This document shows, piece after piece, positions 24,181 through 37,003 of a stretch of DNA of 45,050 nt. The notes beneath the pieces were generated by a model, which did no database searches, was not told the origin of the DNA, and worked only from the letters and a program-made list of their open reading frames with translations. The position numbers and the translations under genes are program-made. Origin of the DNA: Conidiobolus incongruus B7586 (Eukaryota); assembly GCA_000697335.1 (NCBI GenBank), contig JNEM01008721.1:1-45050 (forward strand). The letters are read 5' to 3'. The stretch's first letter is position 1. The number at the start of each line of letters is the position of its first letter.

Positions 24181-26265
24181 TTATTGGCCAAATAATAATT
24201 TCTTTTCTCGGGTTTCTAACAATTGTAATTTCTCTTCAACGGTTAGTGTGTTATAAGCTTCAGTCCCAATGATTATTCCTTGAGCTAAACAATCACTAAT
24301 TGCAGTATGTTTGTGCTGACGATCACCATCCATTTCTGTAGCTAAGGTCAAATCCGAAGAAGAGAGAAGTGGGGATGAGATTGAGGAAGGCGTACTCAAT
24401 TTGGAAAGTTTCTGAGTAAGTTGTTCGATTTTCTGAGTTAATACAAGATTCTCAGCTTTCAATTGATCTCTCTCCAATTCGATCGGGTTTTCTCTAGATT
24501 CTAATGAGTTCTTGGAAATTGAAATCGTGTTGGCCTTTGGTCGGCTCGTAGGCATGTTGGGAGAAAGGCTCCTTAGGCCGTTTGGACTAACATTACTTGT
24601 ACTGGTGCTACTATCGTCCAAATTGATATAATTATCAGGGTTATGCTGGTGTGTAGTAGGGGAAGTTGAGTTATAAATATCAAGGGTGTTATTATTAAAA
24701 TTCATCCCTGTTGGACTGAGAGCAGAAAAGTTAAAAGATACCATAGAAAGGTCTGCATCGAGTTGAGGGCCACCACGTTTGATCTTTTCGATTAAATGTG
24801 CGTACTTTTTGTGCATCTTATGATATTGTACTCGTGAATTGTGTAAATCATGAGTCAAGTTATCTACTCGATTTAATAAAAATTCAATGGCCTTAGGGTA
24901 TGTACTCTGGTGAGGATCAGCGGGAGCCATCGCAGTTGGAGCAATAAGATTTTGTTTCATAAGCTCAAGTTCAGTTTCTAGTGATTTAATGCGAAGTTTC
25001 AATGAATCCACATCATCAGTTTGAGTCAAATTTTTGACTACTTTGGATTTAATTCTCTGGGCTCGGTTGGCGTATTGCAAGGTAGTGAGCGTTTCTGTCA
25101 GATCAGCATAAGCGGGGGAAATACATGCGATCATCAGTGTATGACTATTACCACCAATACTATCTTGAAGCAAACGAGTGAGTTTACTGTCACGATATGG
25201 AATGTGAGCGCTTCTACCATTAGCTTTGCCAAGAGCATGGATCACATTTCCTAATGCCAAAAGCCCTCCATTGATTGAAATTCCCTCTTTGGCACGGTCC
25301 CCACTTGCGCCAGTTCTCTTTAATCTTTCACTTCCAGCTAAATCCACAAAATGGAATTTTGATTGAACTGAAGTAGGCATGCCATTTTCACCTATGAAAT
25401 CTCGCTTTAAGTATACGGTAAAAATTGCATGAGATCTAGAACTATTTGAATTCATTGCCGTATGACCAGTCCTTCGGTGTAAAGAACCTTGATCCAATAG
25501 TCTTAATACATCTTGTAAACCTTTTACTGGTACAAGCGTAACACCAGTCCAAGTAATTTGACCTTTACTATTTTCGAATACTTGGATGTCTGCGCGACTG
25601 GCGGGATTACTGCTCAACAAGTCGATAGGGGCATCGTTGTAAATTTCTAGGTAACTTACAGAAATTTGATTTTTGCTATCGAATTCATCTAATTCAAAAA
25701 TGTCACTAATAGCTCTGGGGATAATACCGTCGCTTTCGTCATTTTTTAATACACCAGTACCCATAGTATATGTTTTTCCGGAAGAAGTTTGACCATATGC
25801 TAAGATAGTTGCATTATATCCGGATTTAAATTGTTGAATAAGTGGATATACTAAACCGTCATAAACTGCAGCTTGAGTAGTTTCTGGAGATATGAGTTTT
25901 TTATACTGAAAAGTAGCATTTAATGAGGGTAGAGAAATGACATTAGATGCATAATGAGCAATATATGGAGGTTGATTAGAAGTATCACCATTTGGCAATC
26001 GTTCTTCATTTCGCTTTGAAGGTCTGATACGAACAGCTATAGAGATAATTATTAGATAAAATTGAAAATAAAAAGAGTAAAAATATATTTAAACAAACGT
26101 ACCAACTTGAACTGAAAAACTCGAACTATTATTATATTCTAATTTGGGTGTGGATACCGAAGAAGATGTAGTAGGGGGAGAAGTTACGGCAGATCTAGCA
26201 GGTGATTGCAGTGAAAAATTTGTGGGAACTTGAAGGGATCTTCTTTTTAGCAATGAAGAGGACAT
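24181..26265 (-). CDS. Kinesin motor protein, kinesin-4 (KIF4/KIF21/KIF27)-like, 1 intron 26037-26102, ~672 aa
   Basis: SVQV|AVRIRP, GYNATILAYGQTSSGKTYTMG, MNSNSSRSHAIF, SKFHFVDLAGSERLKRT, EGISINGGLLALGNVI, HIPYRDSKLTRLLQDS.GGNS, followed by coiled coils. Confidence 0.93.
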
Positions 26266-29074
26266 AATATAAGCAATTATTATAAGTTTAATTTCAAAAT
26301 TACTAGGGGATGATAAAGATTATTAATTAAAGATTAAAAAGTAAAGGAATAAAAATATATATTGTAATTGAATATTTCCGATGAATATTTAACTACAATT
26401 GAATATTGAAGTAATATGATATAAGGTGAAGGATATATACAAAAATGATTAATTAATTAATTAATTACAATATAAGAACAAGATAAAAAAGATTAATAAA
26501 TTTTCAATTTAAACTAAATGAATAATTTAAATTGAGTCCAAATGTATGAAATTTAAAAACTATTACCATTATTATTTTCTCAGAATAGCTAAATATAAAT
26601 GACCAATGCCAATTATATTTACCTTATTACAGTCTATTTTATGCTCATCCCTAATATACTCCCCAATCAATTGTCAAAATAAGATATCTGATACTAATTA
26701 GTATAGTTTTCAGTTATTACTGTGACACTCCCCCACTTGAATATTTAATCTGTTATCTTATCAAATTGTTTTGTTTCAATATACATATTGATCTTTTTTA
26801 CTTGATCCTTATAATAGAAGCTCCTCTTTATTTGATATACCATACAAAAAACTAAAATGAGATATTTTTATTAGTTGATCTATTGGATATTTGAGCACCC
26901 GTTTAATTATTTAGAAAACTGGCATATAACCACCAATAATAATCCGCTTAAAATTTAAATATTAACAATCTAATAAATTCCTTTGCCACTTGATAATCTA
27001 AATATGATCATCAAAATATAGATCAACCAGAATTTTATAAATTGTTTAAAAAATAATATTAATAATAAAATCTCTTGGTAATATACACCACATGTTGAAA
27101 AATTGCCGCAAATATATCAGATAATTGAAAGTTAAATAATCTCAAATTTAGTCAAATATAAAATTTTCAAATTTCAAATATATTAAATTTAATATAAATG
27201 AGAATATGTACAAATATATAATGTACATTATTCTGAATATCTTTATTAAATATTAAATAATATATATGAAATAGTATATGTATTAATCATTATAATAATC
27301 TAAAACTGAAATAATAAAATAATTTAATTAATTTTTTTTCATTTTCATAGTAATTAATCTATGATTGTATGTAATTCAAGTTCCAATTGCAGTTTCAAAA
27401 AAATTAACTTTCAAAACACTTAGCAGTGATTTTTAAACACATGGTATATAATTAAGTAATATAAACTATAGTAAATAAATTTATTAATATTAATAATAAT
27501 ATTATTATGTAATATACATTTTTATTAACTGTTTGTTATAAGATTCTTGAACAATTTGACTAGAATCAGTTTTACTGCAAAAAAAATTTTACTTTAACTT
27601 TTTGTACTTCTAATCTGAGGTAATGTGATTTAAATAACTCTGAATTTGTATTTGAATATCGAATTATTAAATCAAAGTTAACAATAGATGATTTAGCAAT
27701 ATTAATTGTAATTTTTAAAGATATCAAAATATTTGTCAAAGAAAATTAATTATTAAGAATATTATTGTGCATGAATTATAACTTATTTTTATTAATCGAT
27801 TAAATAAATAAAGAATTCTTATGTAAATATAAGTATTTATATATTATAACTATTTATTTTGAATGCTGAGTAAATTGAATTGTAGTTTTATAATAATACT
27901 ATATTTTGGTATTTAATAAAATAAAACATCAATTAAATAAATCTGATTAATTTTTTAATATTTTTGTGTAGAATCAGTAAAAGGAAATGCAATTGGACTC
28001 TAGTTATTACAAAATTTAGTCAAAGTAGTAAAAGTCTTAATAATAAAATGGTATATTCAATGAGAATATTCTTTATTGTAATTCGATGATTATTGAATAT
28101 GATTACCAGTATCAGTTATTCTTAACTACTAAATCTTAAATAAATTGCTCTAAGTTTGTTTAATATATTATGATCATCATTATTGTTTTGATTTGTAATT
28201 TGAAATTATATTAGGAAATAATCTAAATACTGTTCCAAAAGTTATAAATCCAACCAAATCAATTTATAATCTATATATCCATTAATCAATCGCAATAAAT
28301 ATGTATTAACATTTAGGTCAATACATATTAATATATAATATAATTAGACTAAATTATCATCAAAATTGTTTAGGACATGACATTGTTCGATGATTTATTT
28401 GAAGGCTCTAATTAAAATTTCAACTTACTTAACAATGCATTATATCAATATCAATATCTTTTGATTTAACGAATAGTTTTATTAATTTTTTTATTTTTCA
28501 CATATTTAACAAATTTTACAGAAGCTATGCTATACTCTTATCTCAATTATTCGTTCATTAATTATATTGATTGTGCGATAATATTAGAGCAAAGGCTATT
28601 ATAAGCGGTTTATTAATAAAAGAATATATTATGAATCGAAAACACGATAATAAAACTAATCAATATCAAATTATATTCAACTAAATTAGAGAAATATGTT
28701 TATATAATTTTCTTGAATGACTTATGAAATATTTGAAATTAGCATCAATTGATAATAAAAATTTATCCATAGATAAAATTCAATATTCAAATTTAGATAA
28801 TTATAGAATTATTTATTTTCAATGTGGTAAGATATTTATATCAATAATATATAATAGTTGGCTATGATATTACTAATAATTAGTTTCATTTCTTGTATTA
28901 AAAACAAATCATATAATATTAGATCAGATTAACATTTAATCAATTCTATTTAAAATTCAAAGTCACTTGAAATAAATTTAATTAATTGGACGAAGGAAAA
29001 TGGATGAAATTTAAATTTAAATAAATTAAACAAAGGGAACTAAAAAAATTGTAATACTTCTTTTTCTATTAATC

Positions 29075-31413
29075 ATGAGGTAATCCACTCTCCAGTTCAA
29101 TTATTAATAATTCAAATTATATTATATTATATTCAATACATATATTATTTATCAACAATTAAACTATTTTATTATTTCAATTCTTAGCACAAACGGAAGT
29201 ACAACTCAAAACCCCGTCAAACAATATGGTCCTACTCCACCTATTTCGTTAGCCCCTCCTACTCCTGCTGAATTAGAACAAACTGAGATTTTACTTCAAA
29301 CTTTGAGAGATCTTGGATTATTTGAAAGTGAAGAAGAATCAAGAACAAGGTAAGAATAAGATTAACTATCATCTAGCCATTTTTACGACAGTCTAAAACA
29401 AATTATACTATAATAATATCCTCCTAAAATAATAGAATGCAAAATAGCTTGAAGCTATCAAATATATTTCTCCTTAATTTATTGACATCTTTGTTAAGTT
29501 AACAAAGTTTGATTAAGTTTTTTAATATTAATATTAGTTTTAGTTCAATTTTGCAATTAACTTTTTTTTATAATTAAATCTATACTAAAATATTATTAAA
29601 ATCTATTTAAATTCAAATATAAAAATAATATTACTATCAATATACTTAATAAGATTAATATCAATACTTTATAATTCTCTATTTATATATTTAAAAATAT
29701 TTGAATTTAAATTTGAAAATCATTTTAATTCTTTTCAATTATTTTAACTTTTCTCAGAATTACTAATTTTTTTTTAAGTTATTTATTTAAAATAATTTTA
29801 AAATTAATATACAATTTACTTATATTATTTTTCAGAGAAATTGTTTTAGGAAAACTTGATCAACTTGTAAAGAAATTCGTTTATGAAACTAGTTTAAAAC
29901 ATAATTTGCCAGTTAGCATTGCTAAAGAAACTGGTGGCAAAATTTTTACATTTGGTTCTTATAGATTAGGTGTACACACTGCAGGTACTCGAAAAATTTT
30001 TTTAATAATACTTTTATTGATTGTTTTGGGTATAATTTTAATTGGATATTAGGTGCTGATATTGATACCCTGTGCGTTGCTCCAGCTCATGTAACTCGTG
30101 AAGATTTTTTTACAGTTATGGTTGACATTTTGAAAAATACCCCTGAAGTAAAAGAAATGACCCCGGTTGAAGATGCTTATGTACCCGTTATCAAGTTGAG
30201 TTTTGATTCAATCGATATCGATTTAGTCTTTGGAAAAGTCGAACTGCCTTCTGTCCCTGAAAGTTTGGACTTATCTAATAACAACCTGTTGAAAAATTTG
30301 GATGATAAAAATATTCGTTCTCTTAACGGTTCTCGTGTTACTGACGAAATATTGAGATTAGTCCCAGATGTTCAAACATTTAGAATTGCTTTGAGATGTA
30401 TTAAGCTTTGGGCTAAACGACGTGCTGTTTATGCCAACATTGTGGGTTTTCTTGGTGGCGTAGCTTGGGCTATGCTTGTTGCGAGAGTCTGCCAACTTTT
30501 CCCTAATGCCACTGCAAGTAGTTTAGTTCATAAATTTTTCAAAGTTATGTATAAATGGAATTGGCCTCAGCCTGTGTTACTTAAGCCTATTGAAGATGGC
30601 AATCTGAATTTGAAAGTATGGAATCCTAAATTGAATCCTTCAGATAGAGCTCATCGTATGCCCATCATTACACCTGCCTATCCTTCAATGTGTGCTACAC
30701 ACAATGTTTCAGAATCTACTTTAACTATTATGACTGAAGAATTGGGTAGAGGTCTCAATATTGTGCAGAAAATTATGGAAGGAAATGAAAAGTGGGAAAC
30801 TCTGTTTGAAAAATCCAACTTTTTCTCCAAATATAAGTATTATCTCACTGTCAATATTTTTTCTACTTCTGAGGAAGCTCACTTGAAATGGGAAGGTATG
30901 GTTGAAAGTAGACTTCGTCATTTAGTTGGAAAGCTTGAAATTATCGATACAATTAAACTCGTCCATCCTTATATCAAAGGTTTTGATGAGGTCCATGAGT
31001 GCGTTTCAGAAGAGCACTCTATTTGTATTCAAAAGGGACTCCCTTTTGATAAATCTAAATCCACCCCTCCCAATCCCGAAGACAACAGTCAACCAATCAA
31101 ACTTTGGTCAACTGTGTTTTATATGGGCATCCTTTTGGAAACTGAGAAGTTAACTAAAGCTCCTGGAGAATCGAAGGAAGGGCCCAAAAAATTAGATATT
31201 TCTATTCCAACTAATAATTTTATGTCAATTGTCCAAAGTATGGATGGATACGATGTTAAAAATATGAAAATATATGTTCGTATGCTCAAATCTAGCCAAC
31301 TTCCAGATAGCTTATTTTCAGAAGAAGAACTCAAGAATCGTAAGAGAAAATCTAAATCCAATGGAGGCAAATCCAAAAAATCTAAAGTTGAGCCTCAGAC
31401 TCCTTCCAATTGA
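29075..31413 (+). CDS. PAP1: Canonical poly(A) polymerase (introns 29080-29187, 29350-29835, 29985-30052)
   Basis: Spliced MSTNG..KQYGPTPPISLA, FGSYRLGVHTAG|ADIDTLC, DAYVPVIK, SLNGSRVTDEIL, GFLGGVAWAMLVAR, HRMPIITPAYPSM, and a basic NLS-like tail. Confidence 0.96.
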
Positions 31414-33433
31414 TATTGTTAGCTTAATTTCTGTTTTTATTATAATTTCTATTATACCTTTTAATAAAGCTTGAATTTAATTGTAATATTTATTTTAACA
31501 TTATCACATATAATAGATCTTCAATTTTATTTTCTACATATTCTTTTTTTAACAATAGGTTATTAACTTAGTATATTTCTCAATTTAACTTGTATTTAAA
31601 TGATTATAATATTTAATAAAATATTTTCTATACTAAAATTATTTTTCAATAATATTAGTTATAATAAATATATAATAAGATTTAAATTAAAATTTTAAAA
31701 TGAATAATTTAATATTATAATATTTCAGTTAAATAAATTATTATTTTATAAAATTGTGTATTTGATATATCTTAAAATTTTAATTAATTTATAATATATC
31801 AAAATTTAATAAAATTTTTTATTTAATTATTCTTATTTTCTATTTTTTTCAATTGTTTTCTATTAATCGAGTAAATATTTAATATAATAAAGCAATTTCA
31901 AATATCAATTTAAATGAATAATTAACTTGTATTTTGTTACAAATTCTGTAGATTATTTAATGAACCAATTTTGAAGAGAAGACTACTCTTTCGATTAGCT
32001 TGCAACCAAAATCTATTTCATTGATTTTCAAATTTATATAAGAATTATATTCTTATTATTCTTTTATAATTAAAGATATATGAAAATAGTTATTATATAA
32101 TATAATTAATAAAATAAATAATTTTATTGAAAATTTTTAATTAATCAATTAATTTTAATTTGAAATTTGAAATTTATTACTATATTTCAAAATATAATTT
32201 TATTTTATCCAAGTAAAATTTCTAAAATGATTAAATTTACTTTCGGTTAAAGTTAATATTTTAGGTGCTAATAATTGAAAAAAGCTGGCATAATTGAAAA
32301 TTTGAACAGTAACCCAATTAAATTAGATAATAGATTAGATTATATGATGTTGAATTATTTTATGACACGTAATTATAAATAGTATTGATTAATATTCAAC
32401 ATAACCTAATAAATGAGTTTATCATTTGATAGTTTCTAACAATTCTTATCCTCTATCTTTAACTTATTTTTAATTATTTACTATGCCATGACTCTGAAAT
32501 ATCTACCGAAATATTTTCATTAATAAAGAACAAATGATAACATTTACAGATAAGGAGGTTCTTTTTAAAGTTTGAATATTAGCTGTCGTATGGAATTTTA
32601 ATGAAGCATACCGATTATTTATTATTAAAGGTTGTTGTATTTTGATATAAATCACTTCAAGATTTTAACACAAAATAACCAAAAATTAAATAAACAAAGA
32701 CTAACTAGTTAAAATATTCTTCATTATATATGTATCAAATTCATTTAACCACCAATTTTTGAACAATCAAGAATGCCATGGTGTTATAATTATTTCAATT
32801 TATAACAATTTGAAAAGTTAATATTATTGGATATTTGATTCATTATAATGAATAAATAATATTTAATTAAATTTATATAATGTTAATGAAATATTATTTT
32901 AATCTTAATATATTTACAACGTCATTCAAATGATAAATACGTTTTAAAAAATCGAGTAATAATCTCAGCAAGCAGTAATTGATGATCTAAGAATTTTGAT
33001 TTAATTACCAAATTAGATTGATTATAATTAGTTAAATATCAAATCAAATAAAAAATTATTTTATCCTTTAATAAAAATAAATATTGGACTTTGTTAATAA
33101 ATATATAAATAATAATAATTAAAGTAAATTTATTACAATTATATATACTCTTCATTTCTTTATTAATATTAATTTTAAGAATAGTTTATAGATTGTAAAT
33201 TCTGTTCAATATAAATCTATCTATTTATCCAGTATGTCACAGTTTCTATTTTTCTTTTATATCTCTTAATTTTATCTTGTTAATTCCATTCAAATTTACT
33301 AAAATTCCTTCCCTTTCTTCGATTACCTCCTTATATAGATTTCCTACTTTCTGAATTTGGCAAACTCTTCCCTAATCCTAACTATCTATCCATCTATCAG
33401 AACCCTAATTGAACTTATACTTATCTATTAACT

Positions 33434-34657
33434 ATGTCCGATGACGATACTTTAGAACGCAAAAGGTTTCACGAAGCTGACGAATTAAATTACATCCCTG
33501 AGGATGAGACAACTCGAAGTAAACGTCCAACCCTTGCAGTAGAAGAACTCAACGGAAATACTCAAACTAGTCAAAATACCCAAAGATTTTGTTTACGTTC
33601 CCTTGTATATACGAAAGAAGCTGGTATTATTATTGGTAAAGGTGGTAAATCTATAAGTGAAATTAGAGATTATTCTTCATCTAAAGTCACCGTATCTGAA
33701 GCTGTTCCAACTGCTATTGAAAGAGTTTTAACTGTTGTTGGGACTTCCGATAATGTGATAAAAGCATACTATATGATTTCTAAACAATTAACTGAAGAAC
33801 ATGATTATAACCAAGGACAAAATTCAAATGTGAATCATTCCAACAAAAAGAATATTGATGGCACTACTACTTTACGCTTTCTTATACCAAATAGCAAAAT
33901 GGGTATTCTTATAGGCAAAGGAGGCTCTAAAATAAAAGAAATCCAAGAATTATCTAATGTGAAACTCAACGCTTCAGATAAAATGCTACCTCAGTCGACT
34001 GAGAGAATTTTAACATTAAACGGCACACCCAACCAAATTCAAAATGCACTCGCGTCTATAGTATCTACTTTAAGAGACTTGCCAGAGAGAATTGTTGGCT
34101 TAATCCATTATAAACCACTGCCTGCTGCCCAGCTCTCCCCTTTCCAACTTCAAGATGCTTATATGTTTAATGGAACTGGATTTCCTCTCAATCCCCCCTT
34201 TCATCTAGCGCCACAGCCCTTTCATAACAGGAATCCACGACGTCCCTATAACAATATGGGTCAGCCGGCGCCTTTCCCAATGTATCCCAACTTTATGATG
34301 ATGCCAGGGCACCCACCAGTTCCGTCCCATCCACATTCTTATAGATATCCCCCCAATCCTATGCCAGTCATGCCACCAGCAGTTCCCCATCCTCCACCTA
34401 TGAATGGATTTTCCAATGGAAACCAAGTCCAGCATGTATATATACCATCTGACATGGTTGGCTGTGTGATTGGCAAGGGTGGGAGTGCGATTAACGAAAT
34501 CCGAAACCAATCAGGAGCATACATTAAAATCGAAGAGGGCGAATCTTCAGCTAAAGAGAGACTAGTTACGATCAACGGCACTCCCAGAGCAAATAATCTA
34601 GCCATCCAGCTACTTCATGCGAAATTAGAAAAGGAAAAGAATAAGGGACGTCGGTAA
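33434..34657 (+). CDS. Triple-KH-domain RNA-binding protein (PCBP/hnRNP K/Rnc1/Hek2-like)
   Basis: Three KH repeats with IIGKGG, LIGKGG and VIGKGG GxxG loops, and a Pro/Met-rich linker between KH2 and KH3. Intronless CDS. Confidence 0.92.
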   Translation: MSDDDTLERKRFHEADELNYIPEDETTRSKRPTLAVEELNGNTQTSQNTQRFCLRSLVYTKEAGIIIGKGGKSISEIRDYSSSKVTVSEAVPTAIERVLTVVGTSDNVIKAYYMISKQLTEEHDYNQGQNSNVNHSNKKNIDGTTTLRFLIPNSKMGILIGKGGSKIKEIQELSNVKLNASDKMLPQSTERILTLNGTPNQIQNALASIVSTLRDLPERIVGLIHYKPLPAAQLSPFQLQDAYMFNGTGFPLNPPFHLAPQPFHNRNPRRPYNNMGQPAPFPMYPNFMMMPGHPPVPSHPHSYRYPPNPMPVMPPAVPHPPPMNGFSNGNQVQHVYIPSDMVGCVIGKGGSAINEIRNQSGAYIKIEEGESSAKERLVTINGTPRANNLAIQLLHAKLEKEKNKGRR

Positions 34658-35575
34658 TTTGCAGCAAGATCAGTGTTAAACACTATAATAGCTTTAATTG
34701 ATTTAAAACAAATGAATTCATTTATGTGCTGAAAAGATTTATCTTCAACAATTTGATTAACTATCCTAGCGTTTAATCAAATATTTAACATGATACGATA
34801 CAATGCAATATATTTAAAATAACATATTAGCTATTACCAATTTCTTCAATGCTTAATTTCAATTTATATTCAAACCCCACTTTGCAAATTTTATCAATAA
34901 ATATAAAATAGTTTTTTATTTTCTATATTAAATTTAAAAATATTTTTATTATTATACCTCATTATTAAATATATTCTATTTTTGTTAAAAATTATAATCA
35001 TATTAAAAAAAACTTTTTTGAAATTGATTAAATAATATTTGGGAATTAAACAACATAGTTTGGAAATAAATTATAAAATAAAATTTATTTTGATCAATGA
35101 ATTTTAGGAATAAAAAACAAATATGTATTATCATAATAAATATCTAAAAAAAGTTATTAATATAAATAAATATATGTGAATAAATTTAATAAAAACAATA
35201 ATATAATGATCAATCAGGTTTCAACAGAAGATTTCAAAGTTATGAGACTGACACGCTTCCAAAAGTGCTAAAGTATATACTTTTTAAATATTATAAAAAA
35301 ATATTTTTATTTAATTTAATTTTTTCATATACACCAACATTTTTTTTTCAATTTGTTATTTTATTCAATCTAAATTAAATTCTTTGCAACTTTCAATTTT
35401 ATATTCTCATATTTTCATATAGATTATTATTTCAAAATCTAATTATTATTATTATAGCATTTACCAATAAATAAAATCATATTTAAAACTTATTCTCTAT
35501 ATTTTATATTATTATAAATTTGAATGAATTCTATTAATTTTCTGAGTGTGTCTATTTTTACATAATCAATCATTT

Positions 35576-35582
35576 TGACTCA
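35576..35582. promoter_or_regulatory. Gcn4/CpcA-type core TGACTCA upstream of HIS2 pseudogene
   Basis: ttgactcat ~250 nt upstream of the former ATG. Confidence 0.45.
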
Positions 35583-35754
35583 TTGATTATGAGTAAAATT
35601 ATAAAATTGAATATTTTTATAAGTATTATATAATAAAATACAAGCTATTATATTTTTATATTTTGACCAAAAAGATGTATTCTTGATTATATTATTATCA
35701 GTTTTAACTTCAAATTTGGTATATTTTAGACTTGTATTTTATTAACAAGGCTAT

Positions 35755-35764
35755 AATCCCATAA
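35755..35764 (+). promoter_or_regulatory. AATCCCATAA motif upstream of HIS2 pseudogene
   Basis: Exact match ~65 nt upstream of ATG 35829. Confidence 0.6.
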
Positions 35765-35828
35765 ACTTCTATTCCTTATTAGAGTTTAAAAAGAGTGATA
35801 TAAGGTCACTTGATATTATTAATTGATC

Positions 35829-36840
35829 ATGATGCCATTTACGCTCCACTCCCACTCTGGCGAATTCTGTAATCGTGCCAAAAGTACACTAGAGGATGTA
35901 GTTCTAAGAGCCATTGAGCTGAAATTCGATACCATGGATTGTCTGAATACATCCCTAGATTTGAACTGAAATTTTTGTACCCCGAGGAGATTACTTAATG
36001 ATATTATTGAAATAATGATATAATGTGCTGATGGAATTTTAGTAACATTTACAACCTCAAGATCTTCAAACCACTTTCGAAAAGTATATTTAACAAGCGA
36101 AATCTTCACAAACCAAATACAAAGATTATATCAAGATCTTAGTTGGGACCGAACTAGAATATATCAATGCTTCCCACTGAGACAAAATGTTCATCTACCT
36201 CCAAAACTTCGACCTTGATTACCTAGTTGTATCAGTACGTCACATCAGCAATATTTCCATTGATTTCGACAAAGCTACATTCCAGAAAACTTTGGAAAAT
36301 TGCAACAACTCAATGGATCAAATATCTTTACAATACTCTGACGACCAATTTTACCTCATTCAAAATTTCCAACCAAAGATTATTGGTCATTTCAACCTTG
36401 TCAGACTGTTTGCAGATCCCAATTACCAATTACCAAGTCTCAAGTCCTGTGATGGTCAAAATCCTTAGAAATACCGATTATATTAGCAGTTATGGTGGTA
36501 TTTTCGAAATGAATACAGAAGTTTGAATAAATCTCTGCCTTATCCTTATCCAATGCCAGATATTTTAAAGGTAATCCTATACATACCATCCTATTCCATT
36601 TTTTATAAATATATATATTTCAATTAGTTAGTATTGAAATCAGGTGGAAAAGTTATACTATCCGACAATTCTTATGAATCTCAAGACGTTGGAATGTATT
36701 ACGACCGCGTATTACAATTTCTAGACAATATGAATATTGATCAAATATAGTACTTGGAAAAAAGTTCACAAGGCAAAATTCAAGATAAAGCATTTAGTAG
36801 TTTTAGGGATTGGTTTTTGGAACAATATTATAAGAAATAA
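35829..36840 (+). pseudogene. HIS2: Histidinol-phosphatase (PHP family, His2-like) pseudogene
   Basis: Fragments across frames: LHSHSGEFC, GLSEYIPRFELKFLYPEE, LVGTELEY, DYLVVSVRHISNISIDFD, IIGHFNLVRLF, GGIFEMNT, PYP, GGKVILSDNSY..QDVG..YD. There is a frameshift near 35933, further frameshifts, in-frame stops and loss of metal ligands. Confidence 0.85.
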
Positions 36841-37003
36841 ATTATTTATATAATAATAAATGATATTATTATATTAAAATAATAATTTAAAATGAATTAA
36901 AGATTATTATTATTTTAACAAATATATTATTTAAAATATGATTTATTATTAAATTATTATATGCTAGAAGTTTCGGCTAGATTTATTAAGTCTACTGCTT
37001 TAA

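Noticed and set aside
27400..28800. Slightly less AT-rich stretch between kinesin and PAP1 that might be a decayed gene
   Set aside because: No ORF and no motif I could assign. Needs BLASTx.
34205..34605. Antisense/overlapping ORFs in the ORF track (here and within HOM2, thiD, ZGRF1, kinesin, PAP1, CCH1)
   Set aside because: Shadows of GC-richer real coding sequence with no recognisable motifs
35819..36109. 96-aa minus-strand ORF
   Set aside because: Antisense to the HIS2 pseudogene, which explains the sequence better
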